Shown here piece by piece: positions 13,276 to 29,845 of a DNA stretch of 64,000 nucleotides; the first letter of the stretch is position 1; each line of letters opens with the position of its first letter. The notes below the pieces were generated by a model. The model made no database searches. It saw only the letters and a list, made by a program, of their open reading frames with translations, and was not told the origin of the DNA. The position numbers were made by a program, and so were the translations under genes. The stretch lies in NCBI RefSeq assembly GCF_009914755.1, contig NC_060929.1, one strand, 5' to 3'. Source of the DNA: the human T2T-CHM13v2.0 reference genome, Homo sapiens.

Positions 13276-16168
13276 ATATTTATATTGTTCCATTCTCCAA
13301 ACAAAATGAAACTGGGGTGTATAGTGTAGTAGGACTTGAATACTCCAAGAGGATTTGAGAAAAAATTAAGCATAGCATCCTTAAGCAATCTCAAGAATTC
13401 CACCCAGTCCTTAGGTTAGTAAAGCTTTACTTGGTCCTATCTCTATTGTTATTACTTATTCATAACTTGCATAGCACTTTGACATTAGGTGACTTCATTA
13501 TGTAATGTAACTTTTCCATGGAGAAAATAAGGAGTCATCTACTCTGAGTATTTAGGCCAGGAAAAGGCGTAAGCTGCAGGACCAGCCAGGGAACACAAAA
13601 GCAAGCCTCACTGTCGGATGCTTCTCAACACTCTTCAGGATCCGGGGTCTGTCATAGGCTTATGGTGGCTATTTCAGCAAGAGTGCTGTTTTATCTCATG
13701 CCTGGGCTACTGCCAGCAAGGCCAGGATGCTAGATTCCTTTTCAGTGATCTGCTAATGTAAGAAATGTGTTTCATAATAGTGCTTTAGAATTTTGTGAAC
13801 TAGCACCTCAGTTTCTTCTCCTGTCTGCATTTCATTTTTATTTTCTTCAAGTATATTTATATAACACAGTTTTACTAAAAAATCTGTGGTGACTTTGGGT
13901 GGGAAATAATCCTTACTAAAGTTTTCACATCTTAGTTTGCTGAAACTCACAATTAGGACTTTCCAATAACAGTGAAATAGCTCTCTTCCTGAAGCCCTCT
14001 CTAATTCCACTGACCAAATAGTTCTCTTCCTTGTATGTACTACAATCATTTTATATCCTGTGTGTTTCTCTATGGATTTGTCAGCATTTTATATTTTCAT
14101 TAGATGTGTCACCATAGTTCTGTTATGTAACATGGTTTGAAATATTTGAAAATTGTCATATCCTTTACAAACTTAGTTGAAGAGTTTGTACACAATGTGT
14201 GCACTCAAATATTTTCTAATTGAATGCCTCTTTGAAGTAATGAAATTTTGTTTACTCTCCCAACTTCTCAAACAGCTGTGTAATGAAAACATGATTCTAG
14301 AGTATTTATATAAAACAGACTTTTTAGTGGTAGGAATGTTTGTTTAGCAGAGTTAAAGCAGTAAAGGTACCTGTGCCACCTCTGTACTCTATGGTATTGG
14401 ACTTTTATAAGAGAAAACAGCCACTCCTAGAGAAGGTCCAGGGAAAGCAGTACACTCAGAATAAAGAGGTTAGAGCAGTAAGATGAGAATAGGTTAGAAC
14501 AAGAAGGTGAAAGGAATGTTTAGGGTAGAGTTTGAGAATATGAGTGATTATGTATGTTTGTATATCTGCTTTTGTGTTTACATGATTGTGATATCAAAGA
14601 CATCAACTATATATTTTATTCGTCTCTGGGTTCCACACATCTATCACAATAAAGCATTGTTGAATGATTTAATGTTACATAGGTTCCCCAAAATAAATGT
14701 AGAACTTTTTACAAAAATAAATCCAAGCCATAGTTTAGGTCTATGAAAGTTTAATGTTTGTTGGTCTATAAATAACTTTCCCAGTGAATAAATGGGTACT
14801 GGACTCATAAATGTCCAGGCAGCTGTAAATATGTATTACATGTAACTATCTAATGTTTAAGTTGCCATCACCTCTTCTCACCCCTTCTTCAATGTGGCCT
14901 GTTTCAATATTGAATTTAATTTCATTTGTAATTCTTTATTGGTTTTCCAGCCAACAACTAAGTGTCATTATCATACACAGAGCACCACCAATTTCTGTTA
15001 ATTAGCTCTATAATTGCAAGTGAAAGAGCTGAATACACTTGAGTTTCCCATGAAAATTAAAAAATAAGATGGAATATCCACTAATTGCCCATTTCAGTTT
15101 CAGAGGATTTCATAATTACCAAAGCATCCCTCTGCTGCATTGAATTGATGCCTCTGACTGTACATGATGGTCCACGTGCTCACAGGGTGGGCTGTCTTCA
15201 GTTGTGCTGATTTCCTGTTTGTCAGTAGTCACCAAGAAAACACTGTAAGAAAAATACTACTCCTCTAAGAACAACAACAACAACAAAAACTATACAACAA
15301 AATGTCTACTCCCTTTCCTAGTACAGAAACCTTTGTGGGGAATTCACTTAACATCCTGAGTGTGTATTGGGAGGGTTGCCACAGAGCAAATGCATGCCCA
15401 AGCACAAAAGTGTGGTAGAAAATATGAAGCAAGTTCATAGGAATAAGTACCGTATAGCAATTCCTTATGAAAAACACCATTTTAAATGGTATGAGTCTGT
15501 AAAGACATTTTCTAAAAGCTTTCATCAATCATGCTGGTACATGATGCCTGCAGTCAACTTATTTACAGCCTGCCACTGTCAGGTTCTGGCTCGAAGAGCT
15601 GATCTTTCACTTTCACACATTTATATAGGTAGTTCAATAACCACTAGAAAGCAAATTTGTCAAGGAAAGGGATTTGGTTTTGCTCCTTCTGGCATCTACA
15701 AAGTCTTGTAGCAGAGTCTATTGCCAGTCTAGAACTCAAAAATTGTTTTGTGCATGAATGAATAAATGGGTGGAGTACTCAAAATATATATGTATTTCAT
15801 TGTGTTTGTAAACATCTTGTCATAGAAAATCCATATTTTCTAATAGGTTACCCAGGGTTCAATTACCTGTAAATCCCATTAGCTGAGGTTGAAAACATAA
15901 GCACTACTTAACTCCTTGGATGGAGAATGTTACTGAAGAGGCAAAACAGTGCAAGTTCAGGCCTGTCATCATAGCCTCTGTGGTCATCATACTTAGCCTG
16001 TGGTCGGTCATCTTCTTGGACATGGGATGTAAATGCATTTGAAGCTATAAGGCTATGTAAACAGAAAATTACTGTGAATATTGATCTATGACCAATAAAA
16101 TGAGCAGAAATGAAACATACATTCCAATCTTATGAACTTAAATAAACCAAGATAGAAGAAGAGTATAT

Positions 16169-16320
16169 GGCCAGGCATGGTGATTCATGCCTGTAATCCC
16201 AACATTTTGGGAGGATGAGGTGGAGGATCACTTGAGCCCACGAGTTCAAGACCAGCCTGAGCAATATAGTGAGACCCCATCTCTGTTTTAAAATATATAT
16301 ATTTTTAAAATAAATAAAAA
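16169..16320 (+). mobile_element. Alu left monomer (FLAM/AluJ-like)
   Basis: single arm 'ggaggatcacttgagcccacgagttcaagaccagcctgagcaatatagtgagacccc' then AT-rich tail. Confidence 0.85.
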
Positions 16321-18325
16321 TAACTTACATGGAACAATTTTCTCACATAATTATTTTTTTGACATGCCATGGCCTATTTGGTAAATGTATACATACAAAT
16401 CTTTGCTGTCTTAGCTACTTAACATTTGCATAATCTTATGGCTTTATTTACATATTATATCATATATGATTTGAATCTTCACTATCGCTATTTTTATTGG
16501 ATTGAACTTCTAGGAAACATAGCATATTCCAGACTGTGCTCTAGATTCATCTAATAGGTAGAAATCTCTGATAACATGGAAAACAAAAGATATTTCTCTT
16601 ACCTTTATGTTTCTCCTTCTTCTTACCAATTCTTTCTCTTCTAAATTAAGATTTTAGAGAATTCCTCTGTCATAAATTAAATGATTAAGTACATTTGATA
16701 ATTTTCATATCTCACTAGGAGGTACTTTATTACCATTTCTACTGTAGCATTTGCATTTAATATTGACATTTATCTTAAATAACATTTTTAACGAAACTTA
16801 TAAGATATAGGCATATATTTCTATTTCTTTGATGATTATAGAATTAGAAACACAGAAAAGATCACATATCTAAGAAAAACATACCAACAATAGACATAAT
16901 GAAAAATCAGATCTTATAGCTGTTTTACAAACACAGTCCATTCTTTAGAACTTCAGAAACATATTTACCCTTACTATTAACTGATAGGAGTACTACCTAT
17001 GAAAATACTTCTCTTCATGAAAATTCTAAATAAGTTTGTATTATTTCATTTGGATTACTGTTATGTATTCATTGTCATAAAATGTTAAAAGAAATGATAG
17101 ACATTATACTGAATCAAGCAATTTGAGTTTTTCCCAGAATTGATTATATTTGATTGCTAGTGAATGCTGGGATATCTGGTTTTCAGACCAAAACAAGCTA
17201 AGATTAGGACACAGTGATTGAAAGGCAAAGAGCTTGGATAAATGAATCCACCACGTCCAGCTTTCCCTGGTACATCACAGTAAGTTTTATGTGGATTTTG
17301 GTGTCAGAAAATCATGAAATGAAATATCTTCTTAAGTACAAATGTTCAATTAACTATAGAAATCATAATGCAGTATTGAAATATTGAAATGGTTAAATGC
17401 GATTGGTTTTATCGGATGTTGAAACTGGAAATAATTTTAAGGTTAATACTCAATTATTTGGCTAAAGGCCCTATTCCTCATTTATTTATTACAGTCATAT
17501 AAAAATAAATTCAACTTTTACTACTTTGATAAAATATACAGATATTCAGTACTGTTGAAGTGTTAATAAAAGTAAGATGAATCTTAATAATGTTAAAGCT
17601 GTTTTCAGCAGCCAAAATAAAACTCACTAGGAATAAACACAGTAAGAACAGTGATATTTTGACTGCTTTAAGACTCAGATTTGTTTTATTGATGCTTCAG
17701 AAAGATTGGAAGTCATTTTTATGTTCCTTTTTATTTGTAGAGAGAAGGGTTTGTAGCTTTCATAGATAAAACTATATAGGTTCCTGTGTTCATTTATCTA
17801 TATAAGTCTATGCCATTTAGATAGATTAGATAGATAGACAGAGAGACGGATAGTAATAGATAGAGATGTTTTTTCGAGATTATATCAGTTTAGCAGTGTG
17901 GTATCCAATCTAGTGCCCAACACTGGCAATAAAGGAACCCAACACTCTCTCTATAATAAGGCTGCTGAGCTACAGAGAGCTTCATAAGCACATTTATTGT
18001 TTTGTAGCTAACTTTGAAATTAGTAAATGCACAGTTTTATAACCATGTATAAGAGAGAACATTTGTCACCTAAAATATTAATTAGTTCTTGGTTGCCTGG
18101 ACTTTTACGTTTATATGTTTGCATGAAAATGAAGGTTTCACATGCAAAATAAATTTTCAAACCTGACATTTGTATTCTGTCAAAAGAAGAGTTGGGTCCA
18201 TCCTCTGAACAGTTTGGACAGTTTAAATAAATGAGTGAAAAGACTCATATCTGTGGGAGAAAACAAAACAGTTTATTTTGCCTCATAAAACTGCGCAAAA
18301 TATAGCTGAGTAAAAAGATGACATT

Positions 18326-20487
<2,162 letters not shown>

Positions 20488-20867
20488 AAAAATAAATTTT
20501 CAAAAATAAAAATGTCATCATTGGCTAAACTTTATTGAAATCAACTGAATCTTACATTGTCGTATTAATCTATTGTATATAGTTTGCAGTGCATACTTAT
20601 GTTTATTTCTTATCTGATTTTCATAACAGACTTTAGTGACAGGCATGGTAGAAACATCATCCTGTGTCACAGACTTGAGAGGTGAGATACAGAGTTTGAA
20701 GTGACAACCACAAGTTCATAGAACTAGTATGTAAAGAGCGATATTCTTCCAAGTGGGCATCAGACTATCTTTGTTTACCTGACTTTTTCTTTTCTTTTCT
20801 GTGTCCTAGTGAAATCATATCACATTGGAAGATTTAACAATTATCTTTCAGCTAGAATACAAGTTAT

Positions 20868-21172
20868 TTTTTTGTTTTTTGTTTTTTTTTGAGACAGAGT
20901 CTCGCTCTGTCACCCAGGCTGGAGTGCAGTAGCACGAACTCAGCTCACTACAACCTCCTCCTTCCAGGTTCAAGTGATTCCTGTGCCTCAGGCTCTTGAG
21001 TAGCTGGGACTACAGTTGCACGCCATGACGCCTAGCTAATTTTTGTATTTTTAGTACAGATGGAGTTTCACCACGTTGGCCAGGCTGGTCTCAATCTCCC
21101 AGCCTCAAGTGATCCACCCGCCTCAGCCTCCCAATGTGCTGGGATTACAGGCATGAGCCACAGTGCCTGGCC
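20868..21172 (-). mobile_element. AluS
   Basis: full antisense Alu; TSD atacaa(g/c)tt. Confidence 0.92.
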
Positions 21173-22589
21173 ATACAACTTTTTTTAATAGTGTACCACA
21201 CTAGAAGATATGGCACACATTCCTAAAAGATAAGGTAACAGAGTAGAATAAAACCGTTAAAACATAGGAAATGAGAGGATGAATTTGATATAACCAAATG
21301 TGCTCTCTTAATATTTAGGAACTGCTGAAATTAAAATACTGATACAATGTGGAATTTCTACATGACTTCCACAATGTCTACTTATGAAAGATCCAACTAT
21401 TTAACATGGGAAATATTTGGAATACTTTTATTCATTGGTTCTGAAAATAGGGGACAGTTTTCTACACAAAATGCTCTTGAGAGAAGAAATAATTTATTAA
21501 AGATTATAAGACTGTTCATTCCTTCAGTTTTTACATTGACATAATGTTCAATACTGACAGAAAAAATTACATATTTAGGATTCAATACTTGTTGAATGCA
21601 ATTGGAAACCTTGCTTTTATACTCAATAAAGAGGAAAGTTGATTTTTGAGAGTAAACAGTTGGAGTTATATAAACAAATACATTAATGATAGTAATAATT
21701 AAGCTTTTTAACTTAATTGCCACATGACTTCAGACAAGTTACCCCTTGTTCCTGAGCTGTATTTAGTTCTGTCATCTGTAGATGAAATAAAAATTCCTCT
21801 CTTACTGGAATGCTGTCAGGATTAAGTGGAATAGAGGGCTTTCAGACTCTAGAGTCACACCCATTTACGGAGCTATTTCTGTTTGTTTTTTAAAACCACT
21901 ATTACTTTTTTTCCAAGAACAGAGAAGGGCCATTGCGGTCCACCTACCTTAAATGCGCTTAAAATGTTTCAGGCTTAGAGAGGGGTACATCCAACTCATT
22001 ATTCTCCTTGCTTTATAGGAAAAAGTCAAACACCTTTTTATAATCTTGGGCTTAAAATTTAAGAAAAAGAATCCTTTTTAGAATGTTCTAGTGCTCAGAA
22101 TATTTTTAAATGAACTGAGATATAGTGATAATACAATAAAGCAATATAAAATTCAAAGAGATGGGTCTCTAGTCATATATTATATACTTTAATTACTACA
22201 GCTTATGCAGTTGTATTCATTCTACTAAAAATATTCCTGTTTGAAAGTACCCAATGCCTTTCTGTTCATTTTTATTTAGGTTTTATGGGATAACTTTTTT
22301 CCTTTCCCATTCATTCAAACTCTTATTTTTCAAGTGGCTGTTACACACATAAGACATTATGTAGGCACTATGAAAATATAAAGACAAAATATTTGTAAAT
22401 CTTGACCTCGGATTGCTTAGCATCTAGTTAGATAAAGGTAAATCAATTTCATATGTATAATAAAATGCAAAAAGCAAAGAAGCTCTGAGTGCCTTGGGGA
22501 AATGAAGTAATAGTGCTTGCTGTGCCATCTCCATGGAAGAAAGGGCTGTGTCAATGGTGTGAGATCAAGTAAGGCAAGTGCCACCTGAG

Positions 22590-23030
22590 TTTCATATAGG
22601 CCAATGTAATTCATTCATATTTCTGGTGATAATTTCTGTTGCTATCCCAGTACCTCAAATTCAATGATGTACCAGAATTTATCATGTTTTCAAAAAGTAC
22701 TGTTTCCTCTTGACCTAATTTTCCTTTTTAAGGGAATTACCAACTTCTTAGCTATCAAGGCTTAAAATCTCGGTTATCTTTGACCCTTCCCTCATTCTGC
22801 ATACTCAAATCCATAGGAATAGGGATCCATGTCTTCTTTGAAACTATACTTATCTATTGCCTTTCTGGTCCAAGCCTTGCCTTAACCTGACTACTCTCCA
22901 CTGTGTCAATTTACCCTGTGCCATTGTACTTCTATGCGCTTGCATATATATTTTCCTCTACCTGGAATGCCCTTCCTCAATTATTTTTTGAGAGCTATAA
23001 GCATCTAACTAAGATGCAGCCTTGTCCATG
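22590..23030 (+). mobile_element. L2 fragments
   Basis: 'cagtacctcaaattcaa..', 'ttatctttgacccttccctc', 'ttcctctacctggaatgcccttcc'. Confidence 0.5.
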
Positions 23031-23598
23031 AACTTTGTCTGTCCTCTTTCTTATTGCATACCTTCACTTCAGGACACCCTGTCCTCCCAGCTAAAACTGA
23101 ATCTTTTTTCTTTCTTTTTTTTTTTTTTCTCCAAAATCCACAGCCCTCAGTTTCTACCACTTTTGCGGTCTTATCACATTCTATGCCACATTATAATTAT
23201 CTGAGAATATACTTTTTTTTGTAATTAGTTTATAAAGCCATAAAGAAAAGAAACCTTTTTTTTTCCCATTTTGGTATCCTGCGTCTTATACAGTAAAATA
23301 GTAGTAAATGTTTGTGTATCAATGACCTAACAGATAATTTCAGGCAAATAATTTAACAGCATTTCCTTGAGATTAATATTTTTTTAAATATTCCTACATG
23401 CACACTTCATATGTTCTCTAAAGAAAAAAAATATGTTAAGATACATACACATAGGGTTTTACTTTTCTTGAAATTTTCTCTTATTATTAAAAAAGGACAT
23501 CATTTTAATAATGCTACATTACTCCTAAAATTTAAATGTAAACTTTTGGGAGTAAGGGGTAGTCAAAGGTCTTTCATTGGAGTTAAAAGACTTTAAAC

Positions 23599-23940
23599 TT
23601 TCCAATGTTTAAAATCTTTAATCATCATTCTCAGTAAACTATCGCAAGAACAAAAAACCAAACACCGCATATTCTCACTCATAGGTGGGAATTGAACAAT
23701 GAGAACACATGGACACAGGAAGGGGAACTTCACACTCTGGGGACTGTTGTGGGATGCGGGGAGGGGGGAGGGATAGCATTAGGAGATATACCTAATGCTA
23801 AATGACGAGTTAATGGGTGCAGCACACCAGCATGGCACATGTATACATATGTAACTAACCTGCACATTGTGCACATGTACCCTAAAACTTAAAGTATAAT
23901 AATAATAAAATAAAATTTAAGAAAAAAAATTTAAAAAAAA
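23599..23940 (+). mobile_element. L1PA3-like 3' end (about 320 bp) with complex 5' junction
   Basis: 'cacactctggggactg', 'gctaaatgacgagttaatggg', poly-A; TSD aaagactttaaact / aaagattgtaaact; TT/AAAA endonuclease site. Confidence 0.93.
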
Positions 23941-24754
23941 AAAGATTGTAAACTACGAAAGAGAGTGACAAGTATAGTTGGAAGAGGCATAAATGGTGCC
24001 CACATGTGGCCAGAAGAAGTATGAGGCCTGCTTCACAATATCTTTAAAGTTCTACCCACTCCCCACACCCTCAGTGATTCTGGAATTTGTTTTAATTTTA
24101 ACCATGTTTACGGTAGTAATGTATATAGACAGTCCCTTCTCCTTTTAATTTGAAGTACCTGGATACCATAACGTGACTAGAGTGTGGCAGAAGCCCAAAC
24201 AGGAATTTATTTTTCAATTGCCTGGTCTCTGTGAACCTAAGGATGGGCATTTTAAAGGAGGCTGATAGAATAAATATAGGACCTTTTCCTTATGGAGACG
24301 TTGGACCGCTAATATCCATATATGTTTTATGCAGAATTAATATTCTCCACTATTCAGGGCAGTACATTTATTTCAGCAAGCTAACGAGGAAGAAGAGTTT
24401 GAAAGTTATTTCTCAATGCATATAATATGTTGTATACAAGCAGGTGTTCTATACTAGTAAATGGAAATTTGAACTTATCAGAGAAGTCTGAATATCAAAA
24501 GCGGATAATTCACAATTACTGACTAGCGATCCTGTATCTCTTTAAATTACTGTGTCTAACTTTTTAATAAACCTACTTGTAGTTCTGACATATATATGTG
24601 TGTATATATATATACACACATATATATACACACATACATTTATATATATTCTTTTTTGTGAGAATACATATTGAAAAAAAGTTTTATTTTATATAACAAA
24701 TAGAAATCTCCTAGGAAAACTATTTCTAAAGAAACCTAAATGTGAATATGTAGC

Positions 24755-24975
24755 CATAATAACTAACACCTATTGAGCACTTAATACTTGCCAGTCACTG
24801 TGCTAAGCAATGCATTTTCTCTGTTGAACTGTATTACAATACTTTGAAGTATTATTTCCATTTTATGGATAAGAAAACTGAGATTTGGAGAGTTAAAATA
24901 ACTCATGCAAGGTGAAATATCTTATAAGTGTTGGTGATAGGATTTTGAATCAGATTGTCTGATCCCAGGTTCCAA
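24755..24975 (-). mobile_element. MIR SINE
   Basis: 'tattgagcactta..gccagtcactgtgctaagc..ccattttatggataagaaaactgag'. Confidence 0.7.
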
Positions 24976-26836
24976 ATACACCATGTTGGGGGGCCATCCG
25001 TACAACTTTACCTGGCAGTATCTGTGTTTCCTGAATCACAAATGCCTCTCCGCCAGCCTACCCACTTGGGCTTCAGAAACACCAAATATAATTTTCATAA
25101 ATTTTATGTGATCATGATGCTGAGATGCTTTTATTCCATGGGTGTGTGTATTGTTTCATGAAGAAAACAGTGAGTACTTGCCTATAGAACTGCCACATAA
25201 AGAGATACATATCCCGGTCCCTGCAAAGCAGCTGCCCCATCTTGCTAATATGATCACTCTAGGATTAAAAGGTAATTCATTTTTGGAATCATTTTTAAAA
25301 TATTTTAAAGACTTACACGTCAGTTTTGTCATTGATGGGAGTTGACTATTGGATTTTTTTATTAGATATTCAAAACCCTCAGCTATTATTTGTATTTATT
25401 GCTCTAACCAATTGTTGCTAAGCTAGAATGCTCTCCTAGTCACTATTATGTTTTAAAGACCATTTGGACATAGGATGCATAGCTGGTCCTTAAAAACACA
25501 AAATACAAAGTGCCAAAATAAATTCCTATTGACTTCATCAAAGCAGACCTTATTCTTTTGCTCAGTGCTTGAACCTTCAGTGATGCTCAGCTGGGCTCCG
25601 AAGGAGAGGGAAGAAGACAGGCAGCTGTTGAGAAACAGCTGTGCCTATTGGAGAGGCTGTGAACAGCAGTGGAGAATAAGGCCGGATCCATTGCTACATG
25701 TCTATTATACTCAGTCTCTCTTTAATCACCCATCCCTCTGAGCTCACTTGCTCAATATGCTATAGTCGTCAAAGCAAGACATTAAGTATATACTGAGATT
25801 TCTTCTCCTCCAAAGGTTATTATGAGGATTGATGAGATTATATTTGTGAAAGATTCCAGCAAATATCAAATGAAAGGCACTGCCTGCATATCAAGAGCTC
25901 CTGTATTTGAAGGAAAACATCGTTCTTCTCTGCTTTTTTCTCTTGTATGCCTCAGAGACCTATGACAACCTCCATTCTTCCATTTTTCCAGCCTGGATAT
26001 AGGCTGTAAAAAGGACAAAGCTCAAAGCTGAGGTCAGAGCTTCTTTCCTTAGAAATTTAGACCTGACTTGTATTGCTTTTACCTCTTCTACGTAGAACAT
26101 TTCCTTTCAAATATATTTTATACACTTACAGATGTATTTAAATAAATGGAAGTTTCTTTTATTAAAGACTTGAAGCCAAATCTTATAAGGAAAGCTTTTT
26201 CTGGCTATTTTTCAATTTTTAACATTGGGATAAACTTCAGGATTTTTGTGGAAAATAGAATCTTGTTAGGTTTAAAAGCAAATATTTTTGCCTCTTTCCT
26301 TTATGATTTCAGTGAATGCTGTCGTATGTAGAGTGGATATCTTTTCTAATATCTAAAGAAAATAGTTTCCGGGACAAGAAGAATAGAATCACAGTTAAGA
26401 ACACAGAGAGGGGTCTTACAGACTGGGTTCAGGTACTGGATCTGACACTAGCTGCCTGGCTTAAGGCAAATAGTTAAAACTTCCCAAGTCTTGTTCTTTT
26501 ATCTGCAACAGTAGCATAATAAACTTACTTACTTCATAGAGATGAAGAAACCAGATACTTGTAAGAAGTATTTGGCACAAGTTTTATATGTGCAGCAATT
26601 ACTGATTATTTTAATGTACTTTTTCAATCCATATCAGAAACAAGGAAGTTTGTGAATACTACATTAGCACGAGAATTTATCAATAAAAGGCTAACATTTC
26701 TCTCTCTGGCTACCTTCTAATGATCCAAGGGTCCTAAAGAAGTCATTACATTGTTTTTTTGTTTGTTTGTTTTCTGCAAAGCTCATAGCTATCCTTGCTT
26801 AGGAAAATGTTTTCAGCCCTTCAGAAATACACCTGA

Positions 26837-26840
<4 letters not shown>

Positions 26841-26879
<39 letters not shown>
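26841..26879. repeat. (AC)n microsatellite
   Basis: direct reading. Confidence 0.95.
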
Positions 26880-26883
<4 letters not shown>

Positions 26884-27605
26884 AACACACATACATACAT
26901 ACACATACACACATACACTTAAATATATACATAAAATGTATATCTATCATGCTACTGTTTCTGCAAGCTACAGGTAATTCAATCAATCTATACTATACTA
27001 TATAATATAAACTACTTCAAGGAAGTAGGTCAGACCTCCAATACACACTTTCATTATACCATGTACCCATCTCTCTGTGTGACCATGGCTTCTCCATGGG
27101 TCTGTGGCTCCTGTAATTATTCTGCCCGTCACTGATACCTAGCACAGTAGGTATTCTATCTGCATTGATTGTAGCATTGGTTTATAGCTGAGAACTGATT
27201 GCTGTAAGCTGTCATATGAAGCCCACTAGGATGTTTTTTCTCACAGTGTATTTCTGCAAGCAAGGTATTTTGTGATAAGTTTATTACTTTGTTCATAATT
27301 TGTTGGCTCCATTCTTAGGATATTAGGTAAAACCTGGGAATGTAAACAAAATTTTAGTAATTGTTTAATGTAACTCTTGGAAAATAATCAAGATCAGAAC
27401 TCAGGGTGGGCTCAGCTGAACAGAATGACCTCTCTTTTAAAAAGACTATCTTCATTGCTTCATTACTTAAATACCTAAAAATCATGGACAGCACAGAGAA
27501 AAAGCCTGAGTGGATTTGAGGTAATAAATATGCTTCACTTACTGTGTGATCATAGTCAATCTTTTAGACTCTCTAAGTCCCTGTTTCTGAATTGAAGATT
27601 ATACC

Positions 27606-28258
27606 TGTAGGGGCCAAGAGAAAACTTCCCTTTCACCCTCAAAAGGTTCACAGAAAAAGAAACTCAAAAAAGACACATTAATAGGAGAAAAGGCATGCAA
27701 ATTTATTAGCATGCACAGGGAGAAAATTATAGAGTGATTACTCCGCCACACAATGGGGTACAGTTTTTCTACACCATCTTCTTAGAGACCAGGGAGATGG
27801 GAAAATGTGGATGATTTTAGGGAGGTCGTAATTTTTTTAGGGGAATTCAATGGGCTTGAAGAACATACAATGGCTGGGAACAAAGTCTGTTGGGCCTGCA
27901 GAGCAGGCAATGGTTTGTGACAAAAATCTATTCAGATGTGTTGACAGATTTCGGTCTTTCTTCCTGTGATATGAGTTCAGTTAATGAAAACTCAGGGAGG
28001 ATTCCAGAGGTCACTGTTTTCTTCCTTGTTGGATCTGGACTTTAGTCAGATAAAGGGGCTTCAAGAGAACAGCTTCATTCTGTGCTTTGGGTGGGACAGA
28101 GGATTGTCAGACAGGATAGACAGGTGTGTGTGTTGGTGGGGTGGGTGGGGGTGCTGCAGGACTTGGGGGAGGGGAGGTCAGAAAGACCTTGAGGCTTCTT
28201 CTTCAGGTCAGCATGTGAAAGTGCCATATTTGGGAGTATTGGTTTCTGAACCCCAACA
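27606..28258 (-). mobile_element. ERV1-class solo LTR (MER34/MER39-like; subfamily uncertain)
   Basis: TG...CA ends; 4-bp TSD tacc (27602-27605, 28259-28262); rc starts tgttggggttcagaaaccaatactcccaaatatgg. Confidence 0.8.
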
Positions 28259-28329
28259 TACCCCATGAACATAGTGTGATGATTAAATTAGATAGGTTGT
28301 GTAATATCTCAAACCAGTACCTGGCTCCC

Positions 28330-28687
28330 TGATATCGTTTGACTGTGTCCCCACCCAAATCCACTCCTGAATTGTGGCTCCCATAATACCCACATGTTGT
28401 GGGAGGGACCTGGTGAGAGGTAATTGAATCATGGGGGCAGGTTTTCCTGTGCTGTTCTCATGATAATAAGTCTCATGAGATCTGATGGTTTTATAAAAGG
28501 CAGTTCCCCTGCACAAGCGCTCTTGCCTTCTACCATGTGAGATGTGCCTTTGCTCCTCCTTCACCTTCTGTGTGATTGGGAGGCCTCCCCAAGCATGTGG
28601 AACTGTGAGTTCATCAAGCCTCTTTTTCTTTATAAATTACCCACTCTCGGATGTTTCTTCATAGCAGTAAGAAAATGGACTAATACA
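28330..28687 (+). mobile_element. THE1 (MaLR) solo LTR
   Basis: tgatatcgtttgactgtgtccccacccaaat...aaaatggactaataca; 5-bp TSD ctccc/ttccc. Confidence 0.92.
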
Positions 28688-29728
28688 TTCCCAATCTATA
28701 TATTTTTTCCTTTCTTTTTAAATATCTGTCTCAAAGATTTAACAGAGGAATTAAGGAATGTTATTTTGAATTATTGCTTGAACTAGAAATTTTCCTTACT
28801 TATAGCTCTATAATTAAAAGTAAATCCTAAAGACATTATGCGTTGAACATAATCTCTCTCCTGGAAATATCCACAGACTGGTGTGCACATTATGGGAGTA
28901 CAATGAAAAAATTACGTTTCCCATCTGAATCCAGGTTAACCAGAACCCAAATGTTAGCATTTGTCTCCAAACCCCATCTCCAGTGGGGTTTCATGGAATT
29001 ATGATTATTATGGTCACAATCTTAAAAGGCCAGCAGAAATGACATTTAAAGTGGACTGCTGAATTTTTACTTATATAAAACAAGCTTTGATTTATAAAAG
29101 TAATAAGTGATTGATAAATTCAGTATGATTAATAACTTTTAAAACATGAATTCTTCATAGAAAAATTAATACAAGGGATTCTGAAATAACAAATTTGAGA
29201 AGCAGCTACTAATATGTTTTGTTCAGAGATAAGAAATCCAAATCACAGTGTAGTTTGTTTCAAATCATGTGTTTGATCCAATAAAACATTTTCTTTTAAT
29301 GATTTCTCTTAACGATGTAAGCACGGAATTAATTTTCCTCTTATATTATTGCAAGAGTTTATCTGAATAAATATCATTAATGCTAATCTCTGGATTAATC
29401 TGGCCAAATTCCTTATATAGTGATTTTCCTTAATGAATATTTTCCTATTGGCCATACTGTGTTTTATTCCCAAAGGTTATGTATGGTTAAGTCGGCATGG
29501 AGCAGGGATAGGAAGGCATGTTGGCATGTGTTTGTGCTTTTGAAAAAAGCCTTCAACAAACACATGAGAAACACTATTTTCACAGTGACAGAAATGGAGT
29601 GTATCTAATTACTTGTACACGCTTAAGTGACAGTAGTCCTCCTGAAATGTTGGAGCACTATATATATGTGTGTATATACATATATATGTATATACACACA
29701 CACACATATATATATTTAAAGGAATTGT

Positions 29729-29845
29729 GATGGGTTGATAGCTGCAGCCAACAATCATGGCACACATTTACCTATATAAAAAATCTCACATCCTGCACAT
29801 GTATCCCAGAACTGAAAATATAAAATAAATAAAATAAAATAAAAT
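29729..29845 (+). mobile_element. Short L1PA (older) 3' end
   Basis: 'gatgggttgatagctgcagc..catggcacacatttacctat..cctgcacatgtatccc'; (TAAAA)n tail; TSD aaggaattgt 29719-29728 / 29846-29855. Confidence 0.85.
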
